A program made the position numbers and the translations under genes. The notes under the pieces are model-generated. The model had not been told where the DNA came from. It worked only from the letters and a program-made list of their open reading frames with translations, and ran no database searches. From IMG/VR virus record IMGVR_UViG_3300035134_000062, positions 335-64,334 of that record: a stretch of 64,000 nucleotides of DNA; one strand, written 5' to 3'. This stretch comes from a virus. Its lineage: Duplodnaviria; Caudoviricetes. Shown one piece after another: positions 9,894-18,805 of this stretch (position 1 is the first letter of the stretch; each line of letters starts with the position of its first letter).

Positions 9894-10427
9894 TCAGAAC
9901 CCAACTTTGGTCACCTTCAGGTGATCCGGGTTACTGCTCTCCAAGTTCCTACGTTGCTCTTTCGTCAGCTCATCGGCAAATACAGTGGTAGGCTGCGTAG
10001 TGAAATGCCGCCCCACACGCCAATAGCCTCTAGAAGTGGCGGACCTCACAATATAATGCTGAACAGACTCTTTGCGCCTGGCCAAATCCGCAACTTCATG
10101 TTCCTTGGCAATCTTCAGAAGCGCTGCACGATACGCCCCAGCAGCCAACTCAGAACATCTCACACCTTCCATGATCTCCTCTACGGAGGGCATTTCTTTA
10201 GTGTTGGGAACTTGCTTCCAAGAAGCTTCTTGGGGCGTTTCCTCTACGGGTTGCGCATCAATTTCCTGGGACGCTTCCTCTACGGATGTATCCGCTTTCT
10301 CCGAGGAAGCGTCCTGTAGGACTTCTGCTTTCTCTTCCGTGGTCTCCACGGTATTCTCCTGTCGATAAAACTTCGTCGGCTGAAAACTTCGCTCCTGCGA
10401 AGATTTTTGGTTGCGTCGACGAGCCAT
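9894..10427 (-). CDS. Mu gp35 / HI1506-like protein with an acidic N-terminal extension
   Basis: C-terminal IVRS...GYWRVGRHFT...ELTKEQ...L...P..LKV; lies between the capsid and gp36-like genes. Confidence 0.7.
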   Translation of the reverse strand: MARRRNQKSSQERSFQPTKFYRQENTVETTEEKAEVLQDASSEKADTSVEEASQEIDAQPVEETPQEASWKQVPNTKEMPSVEEIMEGVRCSELAAGAYRAALLKIAKEHEVADLARRKESVQHYIVRSATSRGYWRVGRHFTTQPTTVFADELTKEQRRNLESSNPDHLKVTKVGF

Positions 10428-10436
10428 AACAACTCC

Positions 10437-11321
10437 TTAGGTCAGATGCGGCGAAACGAGAACGTCCACTTCTTTGTAGTTCGGGTTGTTGGCACCGCCA
10501 GCGAGGAACTGCACTTCGATGAGGTTCCTCGCCGCCGCACGGTTCGAAGGCCCACAAACGAGAAGATTCGGGCGCGCACCAAGTGGCTTCTCTTCATCGC
10601 TCTTCAGGTTCATCATGTTGGTAACATAAGTATCGAAGTTCGTAGAGTTGAGCGTGTCGTTCGAAGCATACGCAAACTGCCACAAACCGTAGGCCGGGGC
10701 CGAACGTCCATCAACGCCATACAAGAACTTCTTCCGCATGAAGACGTTCTCATCAGTGGGGTTAGTAAGCGCTTGGAATGCATACTCCTTACGATTCTGG
10801 AGGATCATCGGTTTCAGCGGATGCCGCGTATCCAAGAGGAACCACAAATTGCCCGAACCGGTGGAATCGTAGTTAGATGCGGTGTTGCCGTCATACGTAG
10901 GATGGTCCGTATCAAAGAACGCCTGGCCGTCGTAACAGAGATCCGTGATACCAGCAGCGAGAGCGGCGAAAATGATCTCATCAGGATGGAGAGCAGCAGA
11001 GTATCCCATTTCCTCCATCAGAGTGGAGTACACTCCATAAGTATCATCTTCGATTGCGTCACGATCAACGCCCACGGTAGCCTCGAAAGGCTTATTCGTG
11101 ACGGTGTATGCGTGCGCCGCAAGGTCTTTCACTTGGCGATCGCCAAGCCACTCACGCAGCCTGGGGAACTGACCAAGAAAAGCGTAGATGTTGGATTCAC
11201 TACCGGACGGAATCCTAGTGGCGATCTGGGTCCAGTCAGGAGTTACCCGGCTGAAGCCGTTTTTGAATGCAGCGTTGTACACACGCCGCAGAGTTGCAAG
11301 GCTGGAATGATTGATGATCAT
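10437..11321 (-). CDS. Major capsid protein (Mu gpT-like)
   Basis: LGQFPRLREWLGDR, NKPFEATVGVDRDAIEDD.YG, HPDEIIF, CYDGQ.FFDTDHP, KPMILQ.RK, YGVDGR...YG.WQ.A. Confidence 0.96.
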   Translation of the reverse strand: MIINHSSLATLRRVYNAAFKNGFSRVTPDWTQIATRIPSGSESNIYAFLGQFPRLREWLGDRQVKDLAAHAYTVTNKPFEATVGVDRDAIEDDTYGVYSTLMEEMGYSAALHPDEIIFAALAAGITDLCYDGQAFFDTDHPTYDGNTASNYDSTGSGNLWFLLDTRHPLKPMILQNRKEYAFQALTNPTDENVFMRKKFLYGVDGRSAPAYGLWQFAYASNDTLNSTNFDTYVTNMMNLKSDEEKPLGARPNLLVCGPSNRAAARNLIEVQFLAGGANNPNYKEVDVLVSPHLT

Positions 11322-11341
11322 CGTACTGTGTTCCTTCTCTC

Positions 11342-12304
11342 TTAGTAGTTGATCCTGATAGTGACATCAGCGAATGCATCTGTGTCGGTGTTCGTACCGC
11401 CCACAGTGCACTCGATCACGTCATCAGCCGCAACGGTGTTTGCTGCAGAAGGGGTTGCCGAATCAACATCACCCGCAGCAGACCCAGATTGTGTGATCGT
11501 GATAGCACCGCTGGTGATAGGCGTTCCACCGATAGAGAACGTCAGCGTCGCATCCCCAGTAGCAAGAGCCGCCTCCTCGAGTACCGACTGAAGATCCACG
11601 ATATCGCCAGCAACCGGAGCCACCGCCCGATAAACCTTGGCATCCGCGCCGACAAGATTACTCACCCGCATGGTGAGCGCGAGCTCATCCGCACCGAGTG
11701 CAGTCCTAGCAGCCGCCGCGGTGGATGCACCGGTACCGCCATCCGCTACAGCAAGATCGGTGATGCCCGCAACAGAACCGCCAGTGATGGCAACGGCGCT
11801 GGCAGCTTGGGTAGCCATGGTGCCGAGGCCGAGGTTAGTCCGCGAAGTAGCAGCACTACCAACGTCCGAAAGGTTGTTCGCAGCCGCAAGGCCAGAAACC
11901 AACGGAGGGTAAGTCTCAACCCAAACGCCGCTGGTATCGATGTCGACCATACGCCCGGCAGCGCTCATACCGGTAGCGAGCGAGCCAACAGTCTGATCAT
12001 CCTCGATATACACGGTATCACCAATATTGGCTTTGGTGAGAGTGTTAGTCGCGGAGTTAGCCCACCGATAAACACCGCCACGGACTTCGATGTTGTCTGC
12101 TGCAGCAGCACCGGTATTGTTGACGTACTCTTCAGCGCGCCCTACGGCAATTTTGCCAGTAGCGGCAGAGCCGGGTTCGGCGTTGCCAGACGAATCCAGC
12201 ACCACAAGAGAACCCATGAAAATTTCAGTGGCCGCCGCCATGGGGTAGCTAAATTGCTCACCATCACGTCGCGGGGTCTTACGATCTGCAGTCAATGCCG
12301 CCAT
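11342..12304 (-). CDS. Capsid decoration/cement-like protein with a fibre-like C-terminal extension
   Basis: N-terminal MAALTADR.TPRRDG...I..GSLV.L...G.A.P...IAVGRAEE.V.N...IGDTVYI.DDQTV, typical of the gene between protease and capsid in Mu-like phages. It is followed by NNLSDV..AATSRTNLGL and DGGTGASTAAAAR.ALG fibre motifs. Confidence 0.72.
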   Translation of the reverse strand: MAALTADRKTPRRDGEQFSYPMAAATEIFMGSLVVLDSSGNAEPGSAATGKIAVGRAEEYVNNTGAAAADNIEVRGGVYRWANSATNTLTKANIGDTVYIEDDQTVGSLATGMSAAGRMVDIDTSGVWVETYPPLVSGLAAANNLSDVGSAATSRTNLGLGTMATQAASAVAITGGSVAGITDLAVADGGTGASTAAAARTALGADELALTMRVSNLVGADAKVYRAVAPVAGDIVDLQSVLEEAALATGDATLTFSIGGTPITSGAITITQSGSAAGDVDSATPSAANTVAADDVIECTVGGTNTDTDAFADVTIRINY

Positions 12305-12325
12305 AAGTCTTCTCCTAGTGTTTTG

Positions 12326-12910
12326 TTACGCCTGCCGCGCAAGCTCTTCTTTCTTGGTGGCCAGGTAACTCTCTTCGGAGATCTGGCAAAGTTCACAAAT
12401 TTTCCGCTCCTCAGCGGTCAATGCACTACCACCGCTATCGGGAGTGGAGCGTGTTTCGAGGTCGCTCGGATCGCCAACAGCGGCGGCGTCCTTCACAAAC
12501 TTCCGGAATCGTTCAAGGCCCTCTACATTGCTGCAAGCATCGACGTAGAAGTCCTTCGTTGCGGGAGTGATCTTACCAGCCTTGAGAGCCGCGGCGATTT
12601 CAGCATCCACAAGATTCTTGTGTTGCTCTTGCGCTTGCTCGCCGAGCTTGTCCTCTGCAGTCTTTGCACGAGCAACGACGGCATCGTAGTCACCACGCGG
12701 CACAAACTTTTCGAGCGACGGATTTGCCTTGCGCGCATTAGTGAGCTGGACTTCGAAATCCTTCTCCTTGGCGCGCGCCGTTTCCAGCTCTGCTTCGAGC
12801 TCTCCCGCTTTGCTCTGTGCATCTTGGTAAGTCTGTACCGCGCTCTTGATCTCGTCATCCGTCGCGTTTTCTGCCAAACCCAGCAGAGCCAAAAGTTCCT
12901 TCTTATCCAT
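12326..12910 (-). CDS. Putative internally initiated scaffold protein (Mu gpZ-like)
   Basis: In-frame ATG at 12910 (MDKKELLALLGLAENATDDEI) with AGGAG 9 nt upstream. Mu expresses gpZ from an internal start in gene I. Confidence 0.6.
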   Translation of the reverse strand: MDKKELLALLGLAENATDDEIKSAVQTYQDAQSKAGELEAELETARAKEKDFEVQLTNARKANPSLEKFVPRGDYDAVVARAKTAEDKLGEQAQEQHKNLVDAEIAAALKAGKITPATKDFYVDACSNVEGLERFRKFVKDAAAVGDPSDLETRSTPDSGGSALTAEERKICELCQISEESYLATKKEELARQA

Positions 12911-13483
12911 TCCGTCTTTCTCCTGATGCGCAGCAATCTGCTGGTTAGTATTCTGTTCCCTAGCTACGGCCGGCATATCTAGCGCCGGCTGGTTAACCAA
13001 AGCGGCTGATTTGATCTTGTAGACAGATCCTATCTCATCATCCGCATTTTTGAACTCCCGTGTAAATGCAGGAGAGATGTAACGATATTCTTTCGAAGTA
13101 ACCGACTCCGCCCCGCGCTCAGTCCAATCAACCTTACCCCAAATAGCCCCATCGCGGAGCTCCATCGCAACAACCCAGCCAGCCGCAGGGGCTTGATCTC
13201 CCCAAGGAGCCTTGACCTCTTGTGCGTGCTCCCAGTCAACTGGGACATCTCGCGGATCCTGCTCAAAACGATCGATTACGCCTTGCGGATCCAGATTGCG
13301 CCATACACGTCCATCAAGAGCTTCAATCAAATCGCCTGCCGGCAAAAGAGGTATCCACTCAGGAGGATCATCACCAACAATCGAGATAACCTGACAGAGC
13401 CCAACTTCGAGATTAGCTTGACGTAGAAGCGCTTTCTCCGCTGAGGCGGTATTACAAAGCGTAACGTCGAAAGATCTTTCCAT
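12326..13483 (-). CDS. Prohead protease / scaffold (Mu gpI-like)
   Basis: WIPLLPAG...DGR.W, VDWEHA, APAAGW, IWGKVDWT..G...V..KEYRYISPAF, ALVNQPAL. Start placed at the ATG preceded by GGAGGGG. Confidence 0.93.
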   Translation of the reverse strand: MERSFDVTLCNTASAEKALLRQANLEVGLCQVISIVGDDPPEWIPLLPAGDLIEALDGRVWRNLDPQGVIDRFEQDPRDVPVDWEHAQEVKAPWGDQAPAAGWVVAMELRDGAIWGKVDWTERGAESVTSKEYRYISPAFTREFKNADDEIGSVYKIKSAALVNQPALDMPAVAREQNTNQQIAAHQEKDGMDKKELLALLGLAENATDDEIKSAVQTYQDAQSKAGELEAELETARAKEKDFEVQLTNARKANPSLEKFVPRGDYDAVVARAKTAEDKLGEQAQEQHKNLVDAEIAAALKAGKITPATKDFYVDACSNVEGLERFRKFVKDAAAVGDPSDLETRSTPDSGGSALTAEERKICELCQISEESYLATKKEELARQA

Positions 13484-13503
13484 CACCCCTCCTGTAGGGT
13501 CTT

Positions 13504-13518
13504 TGGCATAGTATGCCA
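13504..13518. promoter_or_regulatory. Perfect 7-1-7 palindrome TGGCATA-G-TATGCCA upstream of the protease gene; candidate operator
   Basis: Lies in the short gap between the HTH gene and the protease start. Confidence 0.35.
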
Positions 13519-13528
13519 TGGCGGATGC

Positions 13529-13720
13529 TCAGGGTTTGTCACTTAGATTTCGTAAGTCCTTAGAATCAATAAAGAAATATCCGTTATCATGGCGCATAGT
13601 ATTGGGTAATTTGTCCGAGACTCCAGCTTCTGAAGCCCTGCACCAGCGACGTACGGTGCTCACGTGTACCCCCAAAATCCGCGCAGCCTTCGCAGGAGAT
13701 ACCCGTCCACGCACTCTCAC
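13529..13720 (-). CDS. Small helix-turn-helix DNA-binding protein (excisionase/MerR-like)
   Basis: VSPAKAARILGVHVSTVRRWC; overlaps the gpF stop. Confidence 0.75.
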   Translation of the reverse strand: MRVRGRVSPAKAARILGVHVSTVRRWCRASEAGVSDKLPNTMRHDNGYFFIDSKDLRNLSDKP

Positions 13721-14436
13721 AGACCAGCCTCCTTCTCCGCCGTCTCGGGCCCTAGCATGCGATTTTTGCCGGGATTATAATTCCATCCCGGGTCAATGCC
13801 TTCCGGGATCATCTCGACCTTTCCAGTCTTCTTGTTCACCCATCGGACTTTTGGGCTGGGTGGGGAGTCATCGCTAATGCCGCGCCTTTCCGCTTCTCGT
13901 CTGCTTACCTGCTGCACCCAGCATTTACAGAGCCATCCATTGGGCACCATATGGTCGTCCCACCATGGATGATCAGCAGGTAGTGTAGTTCCCGCCCACG
14001 CTTCATGGTGGGGTCTGTGACGAATCGATGGCCCGAGACTGTAGACCAGATACGGTAGCAAATCCTTAGTGCGATCTATTCTCTGCCACTGCCCTGAAGA
14101 TCTCGCAACACGCATATTCGTGTCGTAGATTACGCGCATACGATGAATTTTGGATCGGCCCTTGTTGTAGTCACTCCATCCGCTACGGTCCATCGTAGCT
14201 GCCAAGTCCTCACGAAACTTCCGAAACGTGGTCCCATCTTTGAGCGCTGCGTCTACGTGCTGCCTAATCGTCTCAAGAACATCATGTTCCATAACCTTCG
14301 CTACCGTGAAGGCTGCACTATGCTCCTCCTTCCATACATCCGTATAGTCGAAACTTGGCTTCATGCCTTTCGCTTCAAAATATTCAATCGCCTCCTTGGG
14401 CGGCGGACCTGGAACCTTAGCTTTTTTCGGTGGCAC
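13717..14436 (-). CDS. Minor head protein (Mu gpF/gp30-like)
   Basis: EAIEYF..KG....FDY.DVW.EEH..AFTVAK, R..VIYDTNMR, PYL.Y...R.RP.H.AW.G..LP.DHPWW.....PNGWLCKC.V, GIDPGWNYNPG. Start reassigned to GTG 14436 (GGAG upstream). Confidence 0.92.
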   Translation of the reverse strand: MPPKKAKVPGPPPKEAIEYFEAKGMKPSFDYTDVWKEEHSAAFTVAKVMEHDVLETIRQHVDAALKDGTTFRKFREDLAATMDRSGWSDYNKGRSKIHRMRVIYDTNMRVARSSGQWQRIDRTKDLLPYLVYSLGPSIRHRPHHEAWAGTTLPADHPWWDDHMVPNGWLCKCWVQQVSRREAERRGISDDSPPSPKVRWVNKKTGKVEMIPEGIDPGWNYNPGKNRMLGPETAEKEAGL

Positions 14437-14597
14437 TAGTGGCGCTCCAACTTCTTGTGGAGGGCTGCATTCTCCTTCCACAACTTACGGATCACGAAGT
14501 AAGCAACCACCCCTTCAATTACAGCTACAGCCCACGGACCGCCGCTCTGCAACAACCCGATAACCCGCTCAGCGGCGGTCAACGTCGACTCAATCAT
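14436..14597 (-). CDS. 53-aa single-TM membrane protein (not in the ORF track)
   Basis: MIESTLTAAERVIGLLQSGGPWAVAVIEGVVAYFVIRKLWKENAALHKKLERH. The start overlaps the portal stop, GAAGGA lies upstream, and the stop overlaps the gpF start. Confidence 0.65.
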   Translation of the reverse strand: MIESTLTAAERVIGLLQSGGPWAVAVIEGVVAYFVIRKLWKENAALHKKLERH

Positions 14598-16317
14598 TAG
14601 GATCGTCCTTCGTATCCCCGTGCCCCCGTGCCTTGAACCCGGCGGTCGCTAGACTCTCCACAAAATTGGAGCTATCCATTTGCTCCGCTACGTCAACTAG
14701 TCCATCGCTAAACGCTTCGAATGTTTCCACCCTACGAGCAAGTTCGAAGATAGGTTGTAGCACCGGATCCTGAAGCTCTCGCCAATCCTTCAACGCCTCC
14801 ACCGCTAAGCGATCCATCTCATCCTCATCATCAGCGCCATCTTGCGCCAGGCTCGTAGAACCTCCCGCGAAAGCCACTACCGCCGCACGTTGGTCGCTGG
14901 TTAAACTCTTACCCTTGCGGATCTTCCCAAAGAGTTCGGCCATGACCTGATTGCGAACACGCGCCGCGTCTACATCCTCGGCATCAGCATCATCGTTCTT
15001 AGGTTTCTTCCCCGTCCCCTGTTCATCATCATCGTCTAGGTTCTCTTCAGCGCCCGGCGTAGTACCAACCTGAAGCAGCACCGCTCCTTTCGCGGGTTCG
15101 TCCAGGCCAAACTTATCAAGAATCACAGAAGCCTCAACAGGAAGGCCACGATCGATGAACGGCGGCAAAGACTTGCTCAACATCTCCAAGTCTTCTGGGG
15201 TATCTGTGAAAAGCTTAAGCCGTGGGTACGTGCCACGCTCTTGAGGGCCGAAGTTCAGATCAATGAGAGGCTTGACCAGATCACGATTCAGCGTAGAGCT
15301 GAGTTGTTTTGCATCGCTATGGAGGATATCGGTGCGTACGTTCTCCTGCGTATCATCAGCACCAAGCTTGCCTGGTGTACCTTCCGTAGTAGCTACCTGC
15401 CCAAGTACTGCTTTGCTGATCTGCTTATCCACCCAGTCAGCGAAATTTTGAAAGATGGCGTCGTTGTTAGTTCCCTTACCTCCTCCAGACTCCACAAATT
15501 CAATCATCATCGAATCTGGGATGATGGCTCCTGCATCAACTCCAAGCTGAGCAACGGCGTTGAGAAGTGTGTTCTTCTCGTCATCCGTTGCACCCTTCGT
15601 GTACTTACCAAGCCGCAAAGGCATGCCGTAAACTTCGATAAACGCCAGCCAATCCTTGACTGTGAAGCTCTTACAGATGTACCCAACCGCGGCAAGGCGA
15701 GCAAACCCAGCTCGAATCTGCAGCCCCATCTTTAGCTGTGGCTGATGGACGATGAACTTGTATGGCTCAAGCGCAAGGCCATCAACCATATCTTGTTCAT
15801 CCCGCATACGTAGTTCTTTTTGTGTCTTGAAGTCATACTGAAAATGTCTCGGGTCCCGCCATTTGTACTCCAACGGAGTCCACTTCTCACCTCGGTCCCA
15901 CATAATCTCTGCTACAGAGTATCCCTTGCCCAGAGCATCCAACAACGAATCAACCAACGGACTGAACGAATCATCCTTTACAACGTTGGTTACGAACTCC
16001 GCATGCTCTGCATGTTGGGCATCCTCGCTATGCGCTTCGACCATTACATCGAGACCACCCACCGCAAGCCTACGAGTGCTCAATACGGAGCGATAATGAA
16101 ACTCGTTCTCTTCCATCTCTTCCGCAAGAGTCAGATACTGTTCTGCGTCCCCCTGATCTACACTCTGTATAATCAGGGCTAAGTCTTGTGGGGTGAGTCC
16201 AGAAGCAACGCTGGAGTGCCAAACCTGCCGGATGCTCGTGATGCTGCTAGTAGCAACTTCCTTCGTAAGCTTTCCGGTTCGCAATGGGTTACCCCGATGA
16301 TCCAAAATTGTAGCCAT
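14590..16317 (-). CDS. Portal protein (Mu gp29 / DUF935-like)
   Basis: GLTP..LA.I......G....YL.LAEEMEE...HY.SVL.TR, EVYGMPLRLGKY, ISKAVLGQ.AT, L..TLNRDLV.PLIDLNFG. Confidence 0.95.
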   Translation of the reverse strand: MATILDHRGNPLRTGKLTKEVATSSITSIRQVWHSSVASGLTPQDLALIIQSVDQGDAEQYLTLAEEMEENEFHYRSVLSTRRLAVGGLDVMVEAHSEDAQHAEHAEFVTNVVKDDSFSPLVDSLLDALGKGYSVAEIMWDRGEKWTPLEYKWRDPRHFQYDFKTQKELRMRDEQDMVDGLALEPYKFIVHQPQLKMGLQIRAGFARLAAVGYICKSFTVKDWLAFIEVYGMPLRLGKYTKGATDDEKNTLLNAVAQLGVDAGAIIPDSMMIEFVESGGGKGTNNDAIFQNFADWVDKQISKAVLGQVATTEGTPGKLGADDTQENVRTDILHSDAKQLSSTLNRDLVKPLIDLNFGPQERGTYPRLKLFTDTPEDLEMLSKSLPPFIDRGLPVEASVILDKFGLDEPAKGAVLLQVGTTPGAEENLDDDDEQGTGKKPKNDDADAEDVDAARVRNQVMAELFGKIRKGKSLTSDQRAAVVAFAGGSTSLAQDGADDEDEMDRLAVEALKDWRELQDPVLQPIFELARRVETFEAFSDGLVDVAEQMDSSNFVESLATAGFKARGHGDTKDDPND

Positions 16318-17846
16318 TAGAGCAACCCTCCTTTGCGAGCTCTCAACTGAGACCCAATGCCTTGGTATCCATTTCGAGCCCCCAAACCACTCCTGCGCTT
16401 GTTAGCTGACGTATACTCATACACACTCATCTCCTGTCTCGATGCATAATACCCCAACGCAATAGCTACACCTGCGTCGCCGTGGCGTGTGACTCTGCCG
16501 CGTTTCGTATTTGCTTTCTGTTTTGTCTTCGCATCAGGCAACCTCGGCACCCCGTCAATCATCTTGAATGCCAGCAAATCTTGTAGCACGTCAGCGTCCT
16601 TTGGCACTACTATTTCGCTATCTTCAAAAGCTTTCTTCAGCGGAGGAAGATGTTCGCTGTACCACTTAGTAGATAGATGCACTTGTTCGACGCAATCTTC
16701 ACCATACCTCTGCCATGCACGCTCCGCCATGTACTGGCCGTTACCCGTAGCATCGAGCGCAGCTTTGAAGAACCTCGGCAACCGATCACAAATGAAGTTG
16801 AACGCTTGTTCCTGTTCCCTGAACGGCGTATCACGTAGCTCTACCAAGAACGGAACCCTACGATCTAGGTTCTGCAGCATCACCACCGGAGCAAATACCG
16901 TCAAATCAACTGTGCGCCCGAAGTCCTCCCCCAACGCATGTAGAAGTTTCTTGTCGAGTCCCGCAAGAACAGGAGCCGCTACTTGATCTAGCCAATCTTT
17001 CATTTCTCGCGTACGGCGATCATCGGGCCACGATGCAAAGTCCGTAGTAGGAGGCTCCCATCGCAAGACCCTGATATCCTCCATGGCATTTTCAACCATG
17101 CCGCGTGGCAAATACGTACCGCCTGATCTCGAAGGAACTAAGAACAACTCCTCATCAGCATCATCGCCGTAATCTGCTACGAGCTCTTCGCGCCACTTAC
17201 GTTCCCCATCTTCTGACCACGGCCTACCCGTTACGAGACATATGCGCTTGAAGAGTCCATCCCGCAACGCATCATCCAGAGATGTCTGATGTAGGCTGTA
17301 GTTGCGGCGCCCTTTTTTTACATCCTCTACGATCTCGTTGAAGTACGAATCCACGCCATTATGGGTGGAAAGGATATCAACACGACCACCCCACATTAAG
17401 ATGGCCATTGCAGCCTTCATGGTCTCTTGGAGGTCCGGCATAAAGGCCGCTTCGTCGACGATGATACGACCTTTGCGGTTACGTAGGTTGGTAGGTTTGC
17501 TAGACAGCGCCACGATGCGGTTGCCACTCGGGTACCGGATCACGTAGGTCAACACCTCTAGGCCGTCAATCTTCTGCTCTTCCTCTTCATGCTTGATCTG
17601 AGACCCCAAAAAATGGCGTGTCCAGAACTCACAATCCCTTACGAACTCCTGTGTGACGTCCTTGTTGTATGACGTGTAATATGTCGACGAACCTCCTTGG
17701 GTAGCCGCTTCGAGCGCGCTTTCTCCAGCGCACCCCCAGGATGCTCCTATACGCCTGGACTTCTCCCAAACACGTACGCGACTTTGATCAGAACACCAGC
17801 GAGATTGATACGGAAGGAACACACTAGTAGGAATCTGCTCGCTCAT
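16317..17846 (-). CDS. Terminase large subunit (Mu gp28-like)
   Basis: FLPYQ.RW, EKSRRIGASW, IVDEAAF, LSTHNG.DSYFN, LGEDFGR..DLT, LDATGNG.YMAE, RHGD.GVA.AL. Confidence 0.95.
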   Translation of the reverse strand: MSEQIPTSVFLPYQSRWCSDQSRVRVWEKSRRIGASWGCAGESALEAATQGGSSTYYTSYNKDVTQEFVRDCEFWTRHFLGSQIKHEEEEQKIDGLEVLTYVIRYPSGNRIVALSSKPTNLRNRKGRIIVDEAAFMPDLQETMKAAMAILMWGGRVDILSTHNGVDSYFNEIVEDVKKGRRNYSLHQTSLDDALRDGLFKRICLVTGRPWSEDGERKWREELVADYGDDADEELFLVPSRSGGTYLPRGMVENAMEDIRVLRWEPPTTDFASWPDDRRTREMKDWLDQVAAPVLAGLDKKLLHALGEDFGRTVDLTVFAPVVMLQNLDRRVPFLVELRDTPFREQEQAFNFICDRLPRFFKAALDATGNGQYMAERAWQRYGEDCVEQVHLSTKWYSEHLPPLKKAFEDSEIVVPKDADVLQDLLAFKMIDGVPRLPDAKTKQKANTKRGRVTRHGDAGVAIALGYYASRQEMSVYEYTSANKRRSGLGARNGYQGIGSQLRARKGGLL

Positions 17847-18640
17847 TCTACCTTAACCAACTCCGCGTCTATAATATCTTCAGAATATTCTTCAAGCTGT
17901 TCCTGTTGTGTCTCTGGCAACGCCGGTGCATCATAGCCAAGAATCTGTGCACGCATAGTAGCCGCTTGGTCGGGAGTGATGACTCCAACTTGAATGGGGC
18001 CGCCATTCGGTCCTGTGTGTTCGTGGTGCTCAATAATCATTTGATGGATCTTGGCCAACGCTTCGAGCGCTTGCGTCTTAGGCCATAGCTTAATCTCTGT
18101 TTCGCCACGCGTAACGTTACCGTTCTGGTCATAAAAGAATCGTTGCTTGACAGCCTGAACGGCGCGGCTTTTCTCCGGAGCCATCACTTCGTCGTCCACC
18201 ATCAACCGGCCTTCGCTATTTACAGTATAATCTGTGATGTCACTGAAAGCTAACAACTCATACTCACGTAGAATGCGTTTGATCGTGACGTCGGCTTGTG
18301 TTGTAGTGCTACGCAAATATTCCTTGACCGCTTTTACAACACTAGGTCGACGTGATAGTTTTGATGCTTCAACTCGAAGGTGTGCTCCTTCGAGCTTCGA
18401 CCCCGCGCGTACCATAGCGCGCGCTGCATTGAAGTCCTTGCAATATTCTGAAACGAATTTGTGTTCGAATGGTAGTGTGCTTTCGAGCTTCGCCATACGG
18501 CCCGGCTTCATTTCTTTAGCTAGCTTCTGCCTGCTCTCGATTGCTTTGTATGCCGCTGCTCGTCTTGATTCAAAAGTGCGGTTGTTCCCCCTCCCCGCAC
18601 CTTTTTTGGAGGCCTTACGCTTCGCTTTTCTGGGAGCCAT
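17843..18640 (-). CDS. Terminase small subunit (general HTH-type, not Mu gp27-like)
   Basis: KFVSEYCKDFNAARAMVRAG, VTIKRILREYELLAFSDITDY, EIKLWPKTQALEALAK; directly upstream of TerL. Confidence 0.85.
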   Translation of the reverse strand: MAPRKAKRKASKKGAGRGNNRTFESRRAAAYKAIESRQKLAKEMKPGRMAKLESTLPFEHKFVSEYCKDFNAARAMVRAGSKLEGAHLRVEASKLSRRPSVVKAVKEYLRSTTTQADVTIKRILREYELLAFSDITDYTVNSEGRLMVDDEVMAPEKSRAVQAVKQRFFYDQNGNVTRGETEIKLWPKTQALEALAKIHQMIIEHHEHTGPNGGPIQVGVITPDQAATMRAQILGYDAPALPETQQEQLEEYSEDIIDAELVKVE

Positions 18641-18692
18641 ACCATTACTGTAGGGTATGGGAAGGGATGTCTTATCGTGGTGCCACGACCAA

Positions 18693-18805
18693 CATTTTTG
18701 GTAATCCAGTACAACCCATTTGGTGATCCAGTAGCATATTGAACAATATCAAGAACTTAGACCTTACTGGATCACCAAATGGGTTGTACTGGATCACCAA
18801 AAATG
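18693..18805. repeat. 41-bp inverted repeat (1 mismatch), arms 18693-18733 and 18765-18805, 31-nt spacer
   Basis: CATTTTTGGT(A/G)ATCCAGTACAACCCATTTGGTGATCCAGTA and its reverse complement. Confidence 0.95.

Noticed and set aside
11489-12982. 497-aa plus-strand ORF and many other long antisense ORFs in the track
   Set aside because: They lie opposite well-supported structural genes, have no recognisable motifs and are explained by codon bias on the coding strand.
18641-18700. sigma32-type promoter upstream of TerS (CCCATA hexamer on the minus strand)
   Set aside because: No CTTGAA-like -35 at the expected spacing.
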